A stretch of 64,000 nucleotides of DNA from NCBI GenBank assembly GCA_964016885.1, contig OZ024748.1:27962001-28026000 (forward strand), written 5' to 3'. The notes under the pieces were generated by a model. It was not told the origin of the DNA. It searched no databases and saw only the letters and a program-made list of their open reading frames with translations. Below, in pieces: positions 1-15,000 of the stretch. The DNA is from Eledone cirrhosa (Eukaryota). A program made the position numbers and the translations under genes. Each line of letters begins with the position of its first letter. Positions within the stretch are counted from its first letter, which is position 1.

Positions 1-3000
1 TCGTGGTGAGGTAATGTTGTGAGATGTAGGTTATATTGTGGTGAGGTAATGTTGTGAGATGTAGGTTATACTGTGGTGAGGTAATGAGGTGAGATGTAGG
101 TTATATTGTGGTGAGGTAATGTTGTGAGATGTAGGTTATATTGTGAGTTAATGTTGTGAGATGTAGGTTATATTCTGAGTTAATGTTGTAAGATGTAGGT
201 TATATTGTGGTGAAGTAATTTTGTGAGATGTAGGTTATATTGTGTTGAGATAATGTTGTGAGATGTAGGTTATATTGTGAGGTAATGTTGTGAGATGTAG
301 GTTATATTGTAGTGAGACAATGTTGTGAGATGTAGGTTCTATTGTGGTGAGGTAATGTTGTGAGATGTAGGTTATATTGTGAGGTAATGTTGTGAGATGT
401 AGGTTATATTGTAGTGAGGTAATGTTGTGAGATGTAGGTTCTATTGTGGTGAGGTAATTTTGTGAGATGTAGGTTATATTGTGGTGAGGTAATGTTGTGA
501 GATGTAGGTTATATTGTGATGTAATGTTGTGAGATGTAGGTTATATTGTGGTTAGGTAATGTTGTGAGATGTAGGTTATATTGTAGTGAGGTAATGTTGT
601 GAGATGTAGGTTATATTGTGGTGAGGTAATATTGTGGTGAGGTAATGTTGTGAGATGTAGGTTATATTGTGGTGAGGTAATGTAGTGAGATGTAGGTTAT
701 ATTGTGGTGAGGTAATGTTGTGAGATGTAGGTTATATTAGGGTGAGGTAATGTTGTGACATGTAGGTTATATTGTGGTGAGGTAATGTTGTGAGATGTAG
801 GTTATATTGTGGTGAGGTAATGTTGTGAGATGTAGGTTATATTGGGGTGAGGTAATGTTGTGACATGTAGGTTATATTGTGGTGAGGTAATGTTGTGAGT
901 TGTAGGTTATATTGTGGTGAGGTAATATTGTGAGATGTAGGTTATATTGGGGTGAGGTAATGTTGTGAGATGTAGGTTATATTGGGGTGAGGTAATGTTG
1001 TGAGATGTAGGTTATATTGTGGTGAGGTAATGTTGTGAGATGTAGGTTATATTGGGGTGAGGTAATGTTGTGAGATGTAGGTTCTATTGTGGTGAGGTAA
1101 TGTTGTGAGATGTAGGTTCTATTGTGGTGAGGTAATGTTGTGAGATGTAGGTTATATTGTGAGGTAATGCTGTGAGATGTAGGTTATATTATAGTGAGGT
1201 AATGTTGTGAGATGTAGGTTCTATTGTGGTGAGGTAATGTGGTGAGATGTAGGTTATATTGTAGTGAGACAATGTTGTGATATGTAGGTTATATTGTGGT
1301 GAGGTAATTTTGTAAGATGTAGGTTATATTGTGGTGAGGTAATGTTGTGAGATGTAGGTTATACTGTGGTGAGGTAATGTGGTGAGATGTAGGTTATATT
1401 GTGGTGAGGTAATGTTGTGAGATGTAGGTTATATTGTGGTGAGGCAATGTTGTCAGATGTAGGTTATATTGTAGTTAGACAATGTTGTGAGATGTAGGTT
1501 ATATTGTGGTGGGTAATGTTGTGAGATGTAGGTTATATTGTAGTGAGACAATGCTGTGAGATGTAGGTTATATTGTGGTGAGGTAATATTGTGAGATGTA
1601 GGTTATATTGTAGTGAGACAATGTTGTGAGATGTAGGTTATATTGTGGTGATGTAATGTTGTGAGATGTAGGTTATATTGTGGTGAGGCAATGTTGTGAG
1701 ATGTAGGTTATATTGTAGTGAGACAATGTTGTGAGATGTAGGTTATATTGTGGTGAGATAATGTTGTGAGATGTAGGTTATATTGTGGTGATGTGATGTT
1801 GTGAGATGTAGGTTATATTGTGGTGAGGCAATGTTGTGAGATGTAGTTTATATTGTGGTGTGGTAATGTTGTGAGATCTAAGTTATATTGTGGTGAGGTA
1901 ATGTTGTGAGATGTAGGTTATATTGTGGTGAGGTAATGTTTTGAGATGTAGGTTATATTGGGGTGAGGTAATGTTGTGAGATGTAGGTTATATTGGGGTG
2001 AGGTAATGTTGTGAGATGTAGGTTATATTGTGGTGAGGTAATGTTGTGAGATGTAGGTTATATTGTGGTGAGGTAATGTTGTGAGATGTAGGTTATATTG
2101 TGGTGTGGTAATGTCGTGAGATCTAAGTTATATTGTGGTGAGGTAATGTTGTGAGATGTAGGTTATATTGTGGTGAGGTAATGTTGTGAGATGTAGGTTA
2201 TATTGGGGTGAGGTAATGTTGTGAGATGTAGGTTATATTGGGGTGAGGTAATGTTGTGAGATGTAGGTTATATTGTGGTGGGTAATGTTGTGAGATGTAG
2301 GTTATATTGTAGTGAGACAATGTTGTGAGATGTAGGTTATATTGTGGTGAGGTAATGTAGTGAGATGTAGGTTATATTGTAGTGAGACAATGTTGTGAGA
2401 TGTAGGTTATATTGTGGTGAGATAATGTTGTGATATGTAGGTTATATTGGGGTGAGGTAATGTTGTGAGATCTAAGTTATATTGTGGTGAGGTAATGTTG
2501 TGAGATGTAGGTTATATTGTGGTGAGGTAATGTTGTGAGATGTAGGTTATATTGTGGTGAGGTAATGTTGTGAGATGTAGGTTATATTGGGGTGAGGTAA
2601 TGTTGTGAGATGTATGTTCTATTGTTGTGAGGTAATGTTATGAAATGTAGGTTATATTGTGGTGAGGTAATTTTGTGAGATGTAGGTTATATTGTGATGT
2701 AATGTTGTGAGATGTAGGTTATATTGTGGTGAGGTAATGTTGTGAGATGTAGGTTATATTGGGGTGAGGTAATGTTGTGAGATGTAGGTTCTATTGTGGT
2801 GAGGTGATGTTGTGTGATGTAGGTTATATTGTGAGGTAATGTTGTGAGATGTAGGTTATATTGTAGTGAGGTAATGTTGTGAGATGTAGGTTCTATTGTG
2901 GTGAGGTAATTTCGTAAGATGTAGGTTATATTGTGGTGAGGTAATGTTGTGAGATGTAGGTTATACTGTGGTGAGGTAATGTGGTGAGATGTAGGTTATA

Positions 3001-6000
3001 TTGTGAGCTAATGTTGTGAGATGTAGGTTATATTCTGAGTTAATGTTGTAAGATGTAGGTTATATTGTGGTGAAGTAATTTTGTGAGATGTAGGTTATAT
3101 CGTGGTGAGGTAATGTTGTGAGATGTAGGTTATATTGTGGTGAGGTAATGTTGTGAGATGTAGGTTATACTGTGGTGAGGTAATGAGGTGAGATGTAGGT
3201 TATATTGTGGTGAGGTAATGTTGTGAGATGTAGGTTATATTGTGAGTTAATGTTGTGAGATGTAGGTTATATTCTGAGTTAATGTTGTAAGATGTAGGTT
3301 ATATTGTGGTGAAGTAATTTTGTGAGATGTAGGTTATATTGTGTTGAGATAATGTTGTGAGATGTAGGTTATATTGTGAGGTAATGTTGTGAGATGTAGG
3401 TTATATTGTAGTGAGACAATGTTGTGAGATGTAGGTTCTATTGTGGTGAGGTAATGTTGTGAGATGTAGGTTATATTGTGAGTTAATGTTGTGAGATGTA
3501 GGTTATATTGTAGTGAGGTAATGTTGTGAGATGTAGGTTCTATTGTGGTGAGGTAATTTTGTGAGATGTAGGTTATATTGTGGTGAGGTAATGTTGTGAG
3601 ATGTAGGTTATATTGTGATGTAATGTTGTGAGATGTAGGTTATATTGTGGTTAGGTAATGTTGTGAGATGTAGGTTATATTGTAGTGAGGTAATGTTGTG
3701 AGATGTAGGTTATATTGTGGTGAGGTAATATTGTGGTGAGGTAATGTTGTGAGATGTAGGTTATATTGTGGTGAGGTAATGTAGTGAGATGTAGGTTATA
3801 TTGTGGTGAGGTAATGTTGTGAGATGTAGGTTATATTAGGGTGAGGTAATGTTGTGACATGTAGGTTATATTGTGGTGAGGTAATGTTGTGAGATGTAGG
3901 TTATATTGTGGTGAGGTAATGTTGTGAGATGTAGGTTATATTGGGGTGAGGTAATGTTGTGACATGTAGGTTATATTGTGGTGAGGTAATGTTGTGAGAT
4001 GTAGGTTATATTGTGGTGAGGTAATATTGTGAGATGTAGGTTATATTGGGGTGAGGTAATGTTGTGAGATGTAGGTTATATTGGGGTGAGGTAATGTTGT
4101 GAGATGTAGGTTATATTGTGGTGAGGTAATGTTGTGAGATGTAGGTTATATTGTAGTGAGGTAATGTTGTGAGATGTAGGTTATATTGGGGTGAGGTAAT
4201 GTTGTGAGATGTAGGTTCTATTGTGGTGAGGTAATGTTGTGAGATGTAGGTTATATTGTGAGGTAATGCTGTGAGATGTAGGTTATATTATAGTGAGGTA
4301 ATGTTGTGAGATGTAGGTTCTATTGTGGTGAGGTAATGTGGTGAGATGTAGGTTATATTGTAGTGAGACAATGTTGTGATATGTAGGTTATATTGTGGTG
4401 AGGTAATTTTGTAAGATGTAGGTTATATTGTGGTGAGGTAATGTTGTGAGATGTAGGTTATATTAGGGTGAGGTAATGTTGTGACATGTAGGTTATATTG
4501 TGGTGAGGTAATGTTGTGAGATGTAGGTTATATTGTGGTGAGGCAATGTTGTGAGATGTAGGTTATATTGTAGTTAGACAATGTTGTGAGATGTAGGTTA
4601 TATTGTGGTGGGTAATGTTGTGAGATGTAGGTTATATTGTAGTGAGACAATGCTGTGAGATGTAGGTTATATTGTGGTGAGGTAATATTGTGAGATGTAG
4701 GTTATATTGTAGTGAGACAATGTTGTGAGATGTAGGTTATATTGTGGTGATGTAATGTTGTGAGATGTATGTTATATTGTGGTGAGGCAATGTTGTGAGA
4801 TGTAGGTTATATTGTAGTGAGACAATGTTGTGAGATGTAGGTTATATTGTGGTGAGATAATGTTGTGAGATGTAGGTTATATTGTGGTGATGTGATGTTG
4901 TGAGATGTAGGTTATATTGTGGTGAGGCAATGTTGTGAGATGTAGTTTATATTGTGGTGTGGTAATGTTGTGAGATCTAAGTTATATTGTGGTGAGGTAA
5001 TGTTGTGAGATGTAGGTTATATTGTGGTGAGGTAATGTTTTGAGATGTAGGTTATATTGGGGTGAGGTAATGTTGTGAGATGTAGGTTATATTGGGGTGA
5101 GGTAATGTTGTGAGATGTAGGTTATATTGTGGTGAGGTAATGTTGTGAGATGTAGGTTATATTGTGGTGAGGTAATGTTGTGAGATGTAGGTTATATTGT
5201 GGTGTGGTAATGTCGTGAGATCTAAGTTATATTGTGGTGAGGTAATGTTGTGAGATGTAGGTTATATTGTGGTGAGGTAATGTTGTGAGATGTAGGTTAT
5301 ATTGGGGTGAGGTAATGTTGTGAGATGTAGGTTATATTGGGGTGAGGTAATGTTGTGAGATGTAGGTTATATTGTGGTGGGTAATGTTGTGAGATGTAGG
5401 TTATATTGTAGTGAGACAATGTTGTGAGATGTAGGTTATATTGTGGTGAGGTAATGTAGTGAGATGTAGGTTATATTGTAGTGAGACAATGTTGTGAGAT
5501 GTAGGTTATATTGTGGTGAGATAATGTTGTGATATGTAGGTTATATTGTGGTGAGGTAATTTTGTAAGATGTAGGTTATATTGGGGTGAGGTAATGTTGT
5601 GACATGTAGGTTATATTGTGGTGAGGTAATGTTGTGAGATGTAGGTTATATTGTGGTGAGGTAATATTGTGAGATGTAGGTTATATTGGGGTGAGGTAAT
5701 GTTGTGAGATGTAGGTTATATTGGGGTGAGGTAATGTTGTGAGATGTAGGTTATATTGTGGTGAGGTAATGTTGTGAGATGTAGGTTATATTGTAGTGAG
5801 GTAATGTTGTGAGATGTAGGTTATATTGGGGTGAGGTAATGTTGTGAGATGTAGGTTCTATTGTGGTGAGGTAATGTTGTGAGATGTAGGTTATATTGTG
5901 AGGTAATGCTGTGAGATGTAGGTTATATTATAGTGAGGTAATGTTGTGAGATGTAGGTTCTATTGTGGTGAGGTAATGTGGTGAGATGTAGGTTATATTG

Positions 6001-9000
6001 TAGTGAGACAATGTTGTGATATGTAGGTTATATTGTGGTGAGGTAATTTTGTAAGATGTAGGTTATATTGTGGTGAGGTAATGTTGTGAGATGTAGGTTA
6101 TACTGTGGTGAGGTAATGTGGTGAGATGTAGGTTATATTGTGGTGAGGTAATGTTGTGAGATGTAGGTTATATTGTGGTGAGGCAATGTTGTGAGATGTA
6201 GGTTATATTGTAGTTAGACAATGTTGTGAGATGTAGGTTATATTGTGGTGGGTAATGTTGTGAGATGTAGGTTATATTGTAGTGAGACAATGCTGTGAGA
6301 TGTAGGTTATATTGTGGTGAGGTAATATTGTGAGATGTAGGTTATATTGTAGTGAGACAATGTTGTGAGATGTAGGTTATATTGTGGTGATGTAATGTTG
6401 TGAGATGTAGGTTATATTGTGGTGAGGCAATGTTGTGAGATGTAGGTTATATTGTAGTGAGACAATGTTGTGAGATGTAGGTTATATTGTGGTGAGATAA
6501 TGTTGTGAGATGTAGGTTATATTGTGGTGATGTGATGTTGTGAGATGTAGGTTATATTGTGGTGAGGCAATGTTGTGAGATGTAGTTTATATTGTGGTGT
6601 GGTAATGTTGTGAGATCTAAGTTATATTGTGGTGAGGTAATGTTGTGAGATGTAGGTTATATTGTGGTGAGGTAATGTTTTGAGATGTAGGTTATATTGG
6701 GGTGAGGTAATGTTGTGAGATGTAGGTTATATTGGGGTGAGGTAATGTTGTGAGATGTAGGTTATATTGTGGTGAGGTAATGTTGTGAGATGTAGGTTAT
6801 ATTGTGGTGAGGTAATGTTGTGAGATGTAGGTTATATTGTGGTGTGGTAATGTCGTGAGATCTAAGTTATATTGTGGTGAGGTAATGTTGTGAGATGTAG
6901 GTTATATTGTGGTGAGGTAATGTTGTGAGATGTAGGTTATATTGGGGTGAGGTAATGTTGTGAGATGTAGGTTATATTGGGGTGAGGTAATGTTGTGAGA
7001 TGTAGGTTATATTGTGGTGGGTAATGTTGTGAGATGTAGGTTATATTGTAGTGAGACAATGTTGTGAGATGTAGGTTATATTGTGGTGAGGTAATGTAGT
7101 GAGATGTAGGTTATATTGTAGTGAGACAATGTTGTGAGATGTAGGTTATATTGTGGTGAGATAATGTTGTGATATGTAGGTTATATTGTGGTGAGGTAAT
7201 TTTGTAAGATGTAGGTTATATTGTGGTGAGGTAATGTTGTGAGATGTAGGTTATATTGTGGTGAGGTAATATTGTGAGATGTAGGTTATATTGGGGTGAG
7301 GTAATGTTGTGAGATGTAGGTTATATTGGGGTGAGGTAATGTTGTGAGATGTAGGTTATATTGTGGTGAGGTAATGTTGTGAGATGTAGGTAATATTGTA
7401 GTGAGGTAATGTTGTGAGATGTAGGTTATATTGGGGTGAGGTAATGTTGTGAGATGTAGGTTCTATTGTGGTGAGGTAATGTTGTGAGATGTAGGTTATA
7501 TTGTGAGGTAATGCTGTGAGATGTAGGTTATATTATAGTGAGGTAATGTTGTGAGATGTAGGTTCTATTGTGGTGAGGTAATGTGGTGAGATGTAGGTTA
7601 TATTGTAGTGAGACAATCTTGTGATATGTAGGTTATATTGTGGTGAGGTAATTTTGTAAGATGTAGGTTATATTGTGGTCAGGTAATGTTGTGAGATGTA
7701 GGTTATACTGTGGTGAGGTAATGTGGTGAGATGTAGGTTATATTGTGGTGAGGTAATGTTGTGAGATGTAGGTTATATTGTGGTGAGGCAATGTTGTGAG
7801 ATGTAGGTTATATTGTAGTTAGACAATGTTGTGAGATGTAGGTTATATTGTGGTGGGTAATGTTGTGAGATGTAGGTTATATTGTAGTGAGACAATGCTG
7901 TGAGATGTAGGTTATATTGTGGTGAGGTAATGTTGTGAGATGTAGGTTATATTGTAGTGAGACAATGTTGTGAGATGTAGGTTATATTGTGGTGATGTAA
8001 TGTTGTGAGATGTAGGTTATATTGTGGTGAGGCAATGTTGTGAGATGTAGGTTATATTGTAGTGAGACAATGTTGTGAGATGTAGGTTATATTGTGGTGA
8101 GATAATGTTGTGAGATGTAGGTTATATTGTGGTGATGTGATGTTGTGAGATGTAGGTTATATTGTGGTGAGGCAATGTTGTGAGATGTAGTTTATATTGT
8201 GGTGTGGTAATGTTGTGAGATCTAAGTTATATTGTGGTGAGGTAATGTTTTGTGATGTAGGTTATATTGTGGTGAGGTAATGTTTTGAGATGTAGGTTAT
8301 ATTGGGGTGAGGTAATGTTGTGAGATGTAGGTTATATTGGGGTGAGGTAATGTTGTGAGATGTAGGTTATATTGTGCTGAGGTAATGTTGTGAGATGTAG
8401 GTTATATTGTGGTGAGGTAATGTTGTGAGATGTAGGTTATATTGTGGTGTGGTAATGTCGTGAGATCTAAGTTATATTGTGGTGAGGTAATGTTGTGAGA
8501 TGTAGGTTATATTGTGGTGAGGTAATGTTGTGAGATGTAGGTTATATTGGGGTGAGGTAATGTTGTGAGATGTAGGTTATATTGGGGTGAGGTAATGTTG
8601 TGAGATGTAGGTTATATTGTGGTGGGTAATGTTGTGAGATGTAGGTTATATTGTAGTGAGACAATGTTGTGAGATGTAGGTTATATTGTGGTGAGGTAAT
8701 GTAGTGAGATGTAGGTTATATTGTAGTGAGACAATATTGTGAGATGTAGGTTATATTGTGGTGAGATAATGTTGTGAGATGTAGGTTATATTGTGGTGTG
8801 GTAATGTTGTGAGATCTAAGTTATATTGTGGTGTGGTAATGTTGTGAGATCTAAGTTATATTGTGGTGTGGTAATGTTGTGAGATCTAAGTTATATTGTG
8901 GTGAGGTAATGTTGTGAGATGTAGGTTATATTGTGGTGAGGTAATGTTGTGAGATGTAGGTTATATTGGGGTGAGGTAATGTTGTGAGATGTAGGTTCTA

Positions 9001-12000
9001 TTGTGGTGAGGTAATGTTGTGAGATGTAGGTTATATTGTGAGGTAATCTTGTGAGGTGTAGGTTATATTGTAGTGAGGTAATGTTGTGAGATGTAGGTTC
9101 TATTGTGGTGAGGTAATGTTGTGAGATGTAGGTTATATTGTGGTGAGGTAATGTTGTGAGATGTAGGTTATACTGTGGTGAGGTAATGTGGTGAGATGTA
9201 GGTTATATTGTGGTGAGGTAATGTTATGAGATGTAGGTTATATTGTGAGCTAATGTTGTGAGATGTAGGTTATATACTGAGTTAATGTTGTAAGATGTAG
9301 GTTATATTGTGGTGAAGTAATTTTGTGAGATGTAGGTTATATTGTGGTGAGGTAATGTTGTGAGATGTAGGTTATATTGTGGTGAGGTAATGTTGTGAGA
9401 TGTAGGTTATACGGTGGTGAGGTAATGAGGTGAGATGTAGGTTATATTGTGGTGAGGTAATGTTGTGAGATGTAGGTTATATTGTGAGTTAATGTTGTGA
9501 GATGTAGGTTATATTCTGAGTTAATGTTGTAAGATGTAGGTTATATTGTGGTGAAGTAATTTTGTGAGATGTAGGTTATATTGTGTTGAGATAATGTTGT
9601 GAGATGTAGGTTATATTGTGAGGTAATGTTGTGAGATGTAGGTTATATTGTAGTGAGACAATGTTGTGAGATGCAGGTTATATTTTAGTGAGGTAATGTT
9701 GTGAGATGTAGGTTATATTGTGAGGTAATGTTGGGAGATGTAGGTTATATTGTGGTGAGGTAATGTTGTGAGATGTAGGTTATATTGTGAGGTAATGTTG
9801 TGAGATGTAGGTTATATTGTGGTTAGGTAATGTTGTGAGATGTAGGTTATATTGTAGTGAGGTAATGTTGTGAGATGTAGGTTATATTGTGGTGAGGTAA
9901 TATTGTGGTGAGGTAATGTTGTGAGATGTAGGTTATATTGTGGTGAGGTAATGTAGTGAGATGTAGGTTATATTGTGATGATGTAATGTTGTGAGATGTA
10001 GGTTATATTGTGGTGAGGTAATTTTGTGAGATGTAGGTTATATTGGGGTGAGGTAATGTTGTGACATGTAGGTTATATTGTGGTGAGGTAATGTTGTGAG
10101 ATGTAGGTTATATTGTGGTGAGGTAATATTGTGAGATGTAGGTTATATTGGGGTGAGGTAATGTTGTGAGATGTAGGTTATATTGTGGTGTGGTAATGTT
10201 GTGAGATCTAAGTTATATTGTGGTGAGGTAATGTTGTGAGATGTAGGTTATATTGTAGTGAGGTAATGTAGTGAGATGTAGGTTATATTGGGGTGAGGTA
10301 ATGTTGTGAGATGTAGGTTCTATTGTTGTGAGGTAATGTTGTGAGATGTAGGTTATATTGTGAGGTAATGTTTTGAGATGTAGGTTATATTGTAATGGGG
10401 TAATGTTGTGAGATGTAGGTTCTATTGTGGTGAGGTAATGTGGTGAGATGTAGGTTATATTGTAGTGAGACAATGTTGTGATATGTAGGTTATATTGTGG
10501 TGAGGTAATTTTGTAAGATGTAGGTTATATTGTGGTGAGGTAATGTTGTGAGATGTAGGTTATACTGTGGTGAGGTAATGTGGTGAGATGTAGGTTATAT
10601 TGTGGTGGGTAATGTTGTGAGATGTAGGTTATATTGTGGTTAGGTAATGTTGTGAGATGTAGGTTATATTGTAGTGAGGTAATGTTGTGAGATGTAGGTT
10701 ATATTGTGGTGAGGTAATATTGTGGTGAGGTAATGTTGTGAGATGTAGGTTATATTGTAGTGAGACAATGTTGTGATATGTAGGTTATATTATAGTGAGA
10801 CAATGTTGTGAGATGTAGGTTATATTGTGGTGAGATAATGTTGTGAGATGTAGGTTATATTGTGGTGATGTAATGTTGTGAGATGTAGGTTATATTGTGG
10901 TGAGGCAATGTTGTGAGATGTAGTTTATATTGTGGTGTGGTAATGTTGTGAGATCTAAGTTATATTGTGGTGAGGTAATGTTGTGAGATGTAGGTTATAT
11001 TGTGGTGAGGTAATGTTGTGAGATGTAGGTTATATTGGGGTGAGGTAATGTTGTGAGATGTAGGTTATATTGGGGTGAGGTAATGTTGTGAGATGTAGGT
11101 TATATTGTGGTGAGGTAATGTTGTGAGATGTAGGTTATATTGTGGTGGGTAATGTTGTGAGATGTAGGTTGTATTGTAGTGAGACAACGTTGTGAGATGT
11201 AGGTTATATTGTGGTGAGGTAATGTAGTGAGATGTAGGTTATATTGTGATGTAATGTTGTGAGATGTAGGTTATATTGTGGTGAGGTAATGTTGTGAGAT
11301 GTAGGTTATATTGGGGTGAGGTAATGTTGTGAGATGTAGGTTCTATTGTGGTGAGGTAATGTTGTGAGATGTAGGTTATATTGTGAGGTAATGTTGTGAG
11401 ATGTAGGTTATATTGTAGTGAGGTAATGTTGTGAGATGTAGGTTCTATTGTGGTGAGGTAAGTTTGTAAGATGTAGGTTATATTGTGGTGAGGTAATGTT
11501 GTGAGATGCAGGTTATACTGTGGTGAGGTAATGTGGTGAGATGTAGGTTATACTGTGGTGAGGTAATGAGGTGAGATGTAGGTTATATTGTGGTGAGGTA
11601 ATGTTGTGAGATGTAGGTTATATTGTGAGTTAATGTTGTGAGATGTAGGTTATATTCTGAGTTAATGTTGTAAGATGTAGGTTATATTGTAGTGAACTAA
11701 TTTTGTGAGATGTAGGTTATATTGTGGTGAGATAATGTTGTGAGATGTAGGTTATATTGTGGTGAGGTAATGTGAGATGTAGGTTATATTGTGGTGAAGT
11801 AATTTTGTGAGATCTAAGTTATATTGTGTTGAGATAATGTTGTGAGGTGTAGGTTATATTGTGAGGTAATGTTGTGAGATGTAGGTTATATTGTAGTGAG
11901 ACAATGTTGTGAGATGTAGGTTATATTTTGGTGAGGTAATGTTGTGAGATGTAGGTTATATTGTGAGGTAATGTTGGGAGATGTAGGTTATATTGTGGTA

Positions 12001-15000
12001 AGGTAATGTTGTCAGATGTAGGTTATATTCTGAGTTAATGTTGTGAGATGTATGTTATATTGTGGTGAGGTAATGTTGTGAGATGTAGGTTATATTGTGA
12101 GGTAATGTTGTGATATGTAGGTTATATTATAGTGAGACAATTTTGTGAGATGTAGGTTATATTGTGGTGAGGTAATGTTGTGAGATGTAGGTTATATTGT
12201 GAGATAATGTTGTGAGATGTAGGTTATATTGTGGTTAGGTAATGTTGTGAGATGTAGGTTATATTGTAGTGAGGTAATGTTGTGAGATGTAGGTTATATT
12301 GTGGTGAGGTAATATTGTGGTGAGGTAATGTTGTGAGATATAGGTTATATTGTGGTGAGGTAATGTAGTGAGATGTAGGTTATATTGTGGTGATGTAATA
12401 TTGTGGTGAGGTAATGTTGTGAGATATAGGTTATATTGTGTTGAGGTAATGTAGTGAGATGTAGGTTATATTGTGGTGAGGTAATGTTGTGAGATGTAGG
12501 TTATATTGTGGTGAGGTAATGTTGTGAGATGTAGGTTATATTGTGGTGAGGTAATGTTGTGAGATGTAGGTTATATTGTGATGTAATGTTTTGAGATGTA
12601 GGTTATATTGTGGTGAGGTAATGTTGTGAGATGTTGGTTATATTGGGGTGAGGTAATGTTGTGAGATGTAGGTAATATTGTGGTGAGGTAATGTTGTGAG
12701 ATGTAGGTTATATTGTCGTGAGACAATGTTGTGAGATGTAGGTTATATTGTGGTGAGGTAATGTTGTGAGATGTAGGTTAAAATGGGGTGAGGTAATTTT
12801 GTGAGATGTATGTTCTATTGTTGTGAGGTAATGTTGTGAAATGTAGGTTATATTGTGGTGAGGTAATGTTGTGAGATGTAGGTTATATTGTGATGTAATA
12901 TTGTGAGATGTAGGTTATATTGTGGTGTGGTAATGTTGTGAGATGTAGGTTATATTGTGGTGAGGTAATGTTGTGAGATGTAGGTTATATTCTGAGTTAA
13001 TGTTGTGAGATGTAGGTTATATTGTGGTGAGGTAATGTTGTGAGATGTAGGTTATATTGTGGTGAGGTAATGTCGTGAGATGTAGGTTATACTGTGGTGA
13101 GGTAATGAGGTGAGATGTAGGTTATATTGTGGTGAGGTAATGTTGTGAGATGTAGGTTATATTGTGAGTTAATGTTGTGAGATGTAGATTATATTCTGAC
13201 TTAATGTTGAAAGATGTAGGTTATATTGTGGTGAAGTAATTTTGTGAGATGTAGGTTATATTGTGGTGAGATAATGTTGTGAGATGTAGGTTATATTGTG
13301 AGGTAATGTTGTGAGATGTAGGTTATATTGTAGTGAGACAATGTTGTGAGATGTAGGTTATTTTTTGGTGAGGTAATGTTGTGAGATGTAGGTTATATTC
13401 TGAGTTAATGTTGTCAGATGTAGGTTATATTGTGGTAAAGTAATTTTGTGAGATGTAGGTTATATTGTGATGAGGTAATGTTGTGAGATGTAGGTTATAT
13501 TGTGGTGAGGTAATGTTGTGAGATGTAGGTTATACTGTGGTGAGGTAATGAGGTGAGATGTAGGTTATATTGTGGTGAGGTAATGTTGTGAGATGTAGGT
13601 TATATTGTGAGTTAATGTTGTGAGATGTAGGTTATATTCTGAGTTAATGTTGTGAGATGTAGGTTATATTTTGGTGAGGTAATGTTGTGAGATGTAGGTT
13701 ATATTGTGAGGTAATGTTGGGAGATATAGGTTATATTGTGGTGAGGTAATGTTGTCAGATGTAGGTTATATTCTGAGTTAATGTTGTGAGATGTAGGTTA
13801 TATTGTGGTGAGGTAATGTTGTGAGATGTAGATTATATTGTGAGGTAATGTTGTGATATGTAGGTTATATTATAGTGAGACAATTTTGTGAGATGTAGGT
13901 TATATTGTGGTGAGGTAATGTTGTGAGATGTAGGTTATATTGTGAGGTAATGTTGTGAGATGTAGGTTATATTGTAGTGAGACAATGTTGTGAGATGTAG
14001 GTTATATTGTTAGGTAATGTTCTGAGATGTAGGTTATATTTTGGTGAGGTAACGTTGTGAGATGTAGGTTATATTGTGGTGAGGTAACGTTGTGAGATGT
14101 AGGTTATATTTTGGTGAGGTAACGTTGTGAGATGTAGGTTATATTGTGGTGAGGAAATGTTATGAGATGTAGGTTATATTGTGAGGTAATGTTGTGAGAT
14201 GTAGGTTATATTGTGAGGTAATTTTGTGAGATGTAGGTTATATCGTGGTGAGGTAATGTTGGGAGATGTAGGTTATATTGTGGTGAGATAATGTTATGAG
14301 ATGTAGGTTATATTGTGGTGAGGTAAAGTTGTGAGGTGTATGTTATGAGATGTAGGTTATAAGTTGTGAGATGTAGGTTATATTGTGGTTAGGTAATGTT
14401 GTGAGATGTAGGTTATATTGTAGTGAGGTAATGTTGTGAGATGTAGGTTATATTGTGGTGAGGTAATGTTGTGAGATGTAGGTTATATTGTGGTGAGACA
14501 ATGTTGTGAGATGTAGGTTATATTGTGGTGAGGTAATGTTGTGAGATGTAGGTTATATTGTGAGGTAATGTTGTGAGATGTAGGTTATATTGTGGTGAGG
14601 TAATTTTGTGAGATCTAGGTTATATTGTGGTGAGGTAATGTTGTGGGATGTAGGTTATATTGTAGTGAGACAATGTTGTGATATGTAGGTTATATTGTGG
14701 TGAGGTAATGTTGTGAGATGTAGGATATATTGTGGTGAGACAATGTTGTGAGATGTAGGTTATACTGTGGTGAGGTAATGTGGTGAGATGTAGGTTATAT
14801 TGGGGTGAGGTAATGTTGTTAGATGTAGGTTATATTGTGAGTTAATGTTGTGAGATGTAGGTTATATTCTGAGTTAATTTTGTAAGATGTAGGTTATATT
14901 GTAGTGAAGTAATTCTTTGAGATGTAGGTTATATTGTGGTGAGCTAATGTTGTGAGATGTAGGTTATATTGTGAGGTAATGTTGTGAGATGTAGGTTATA

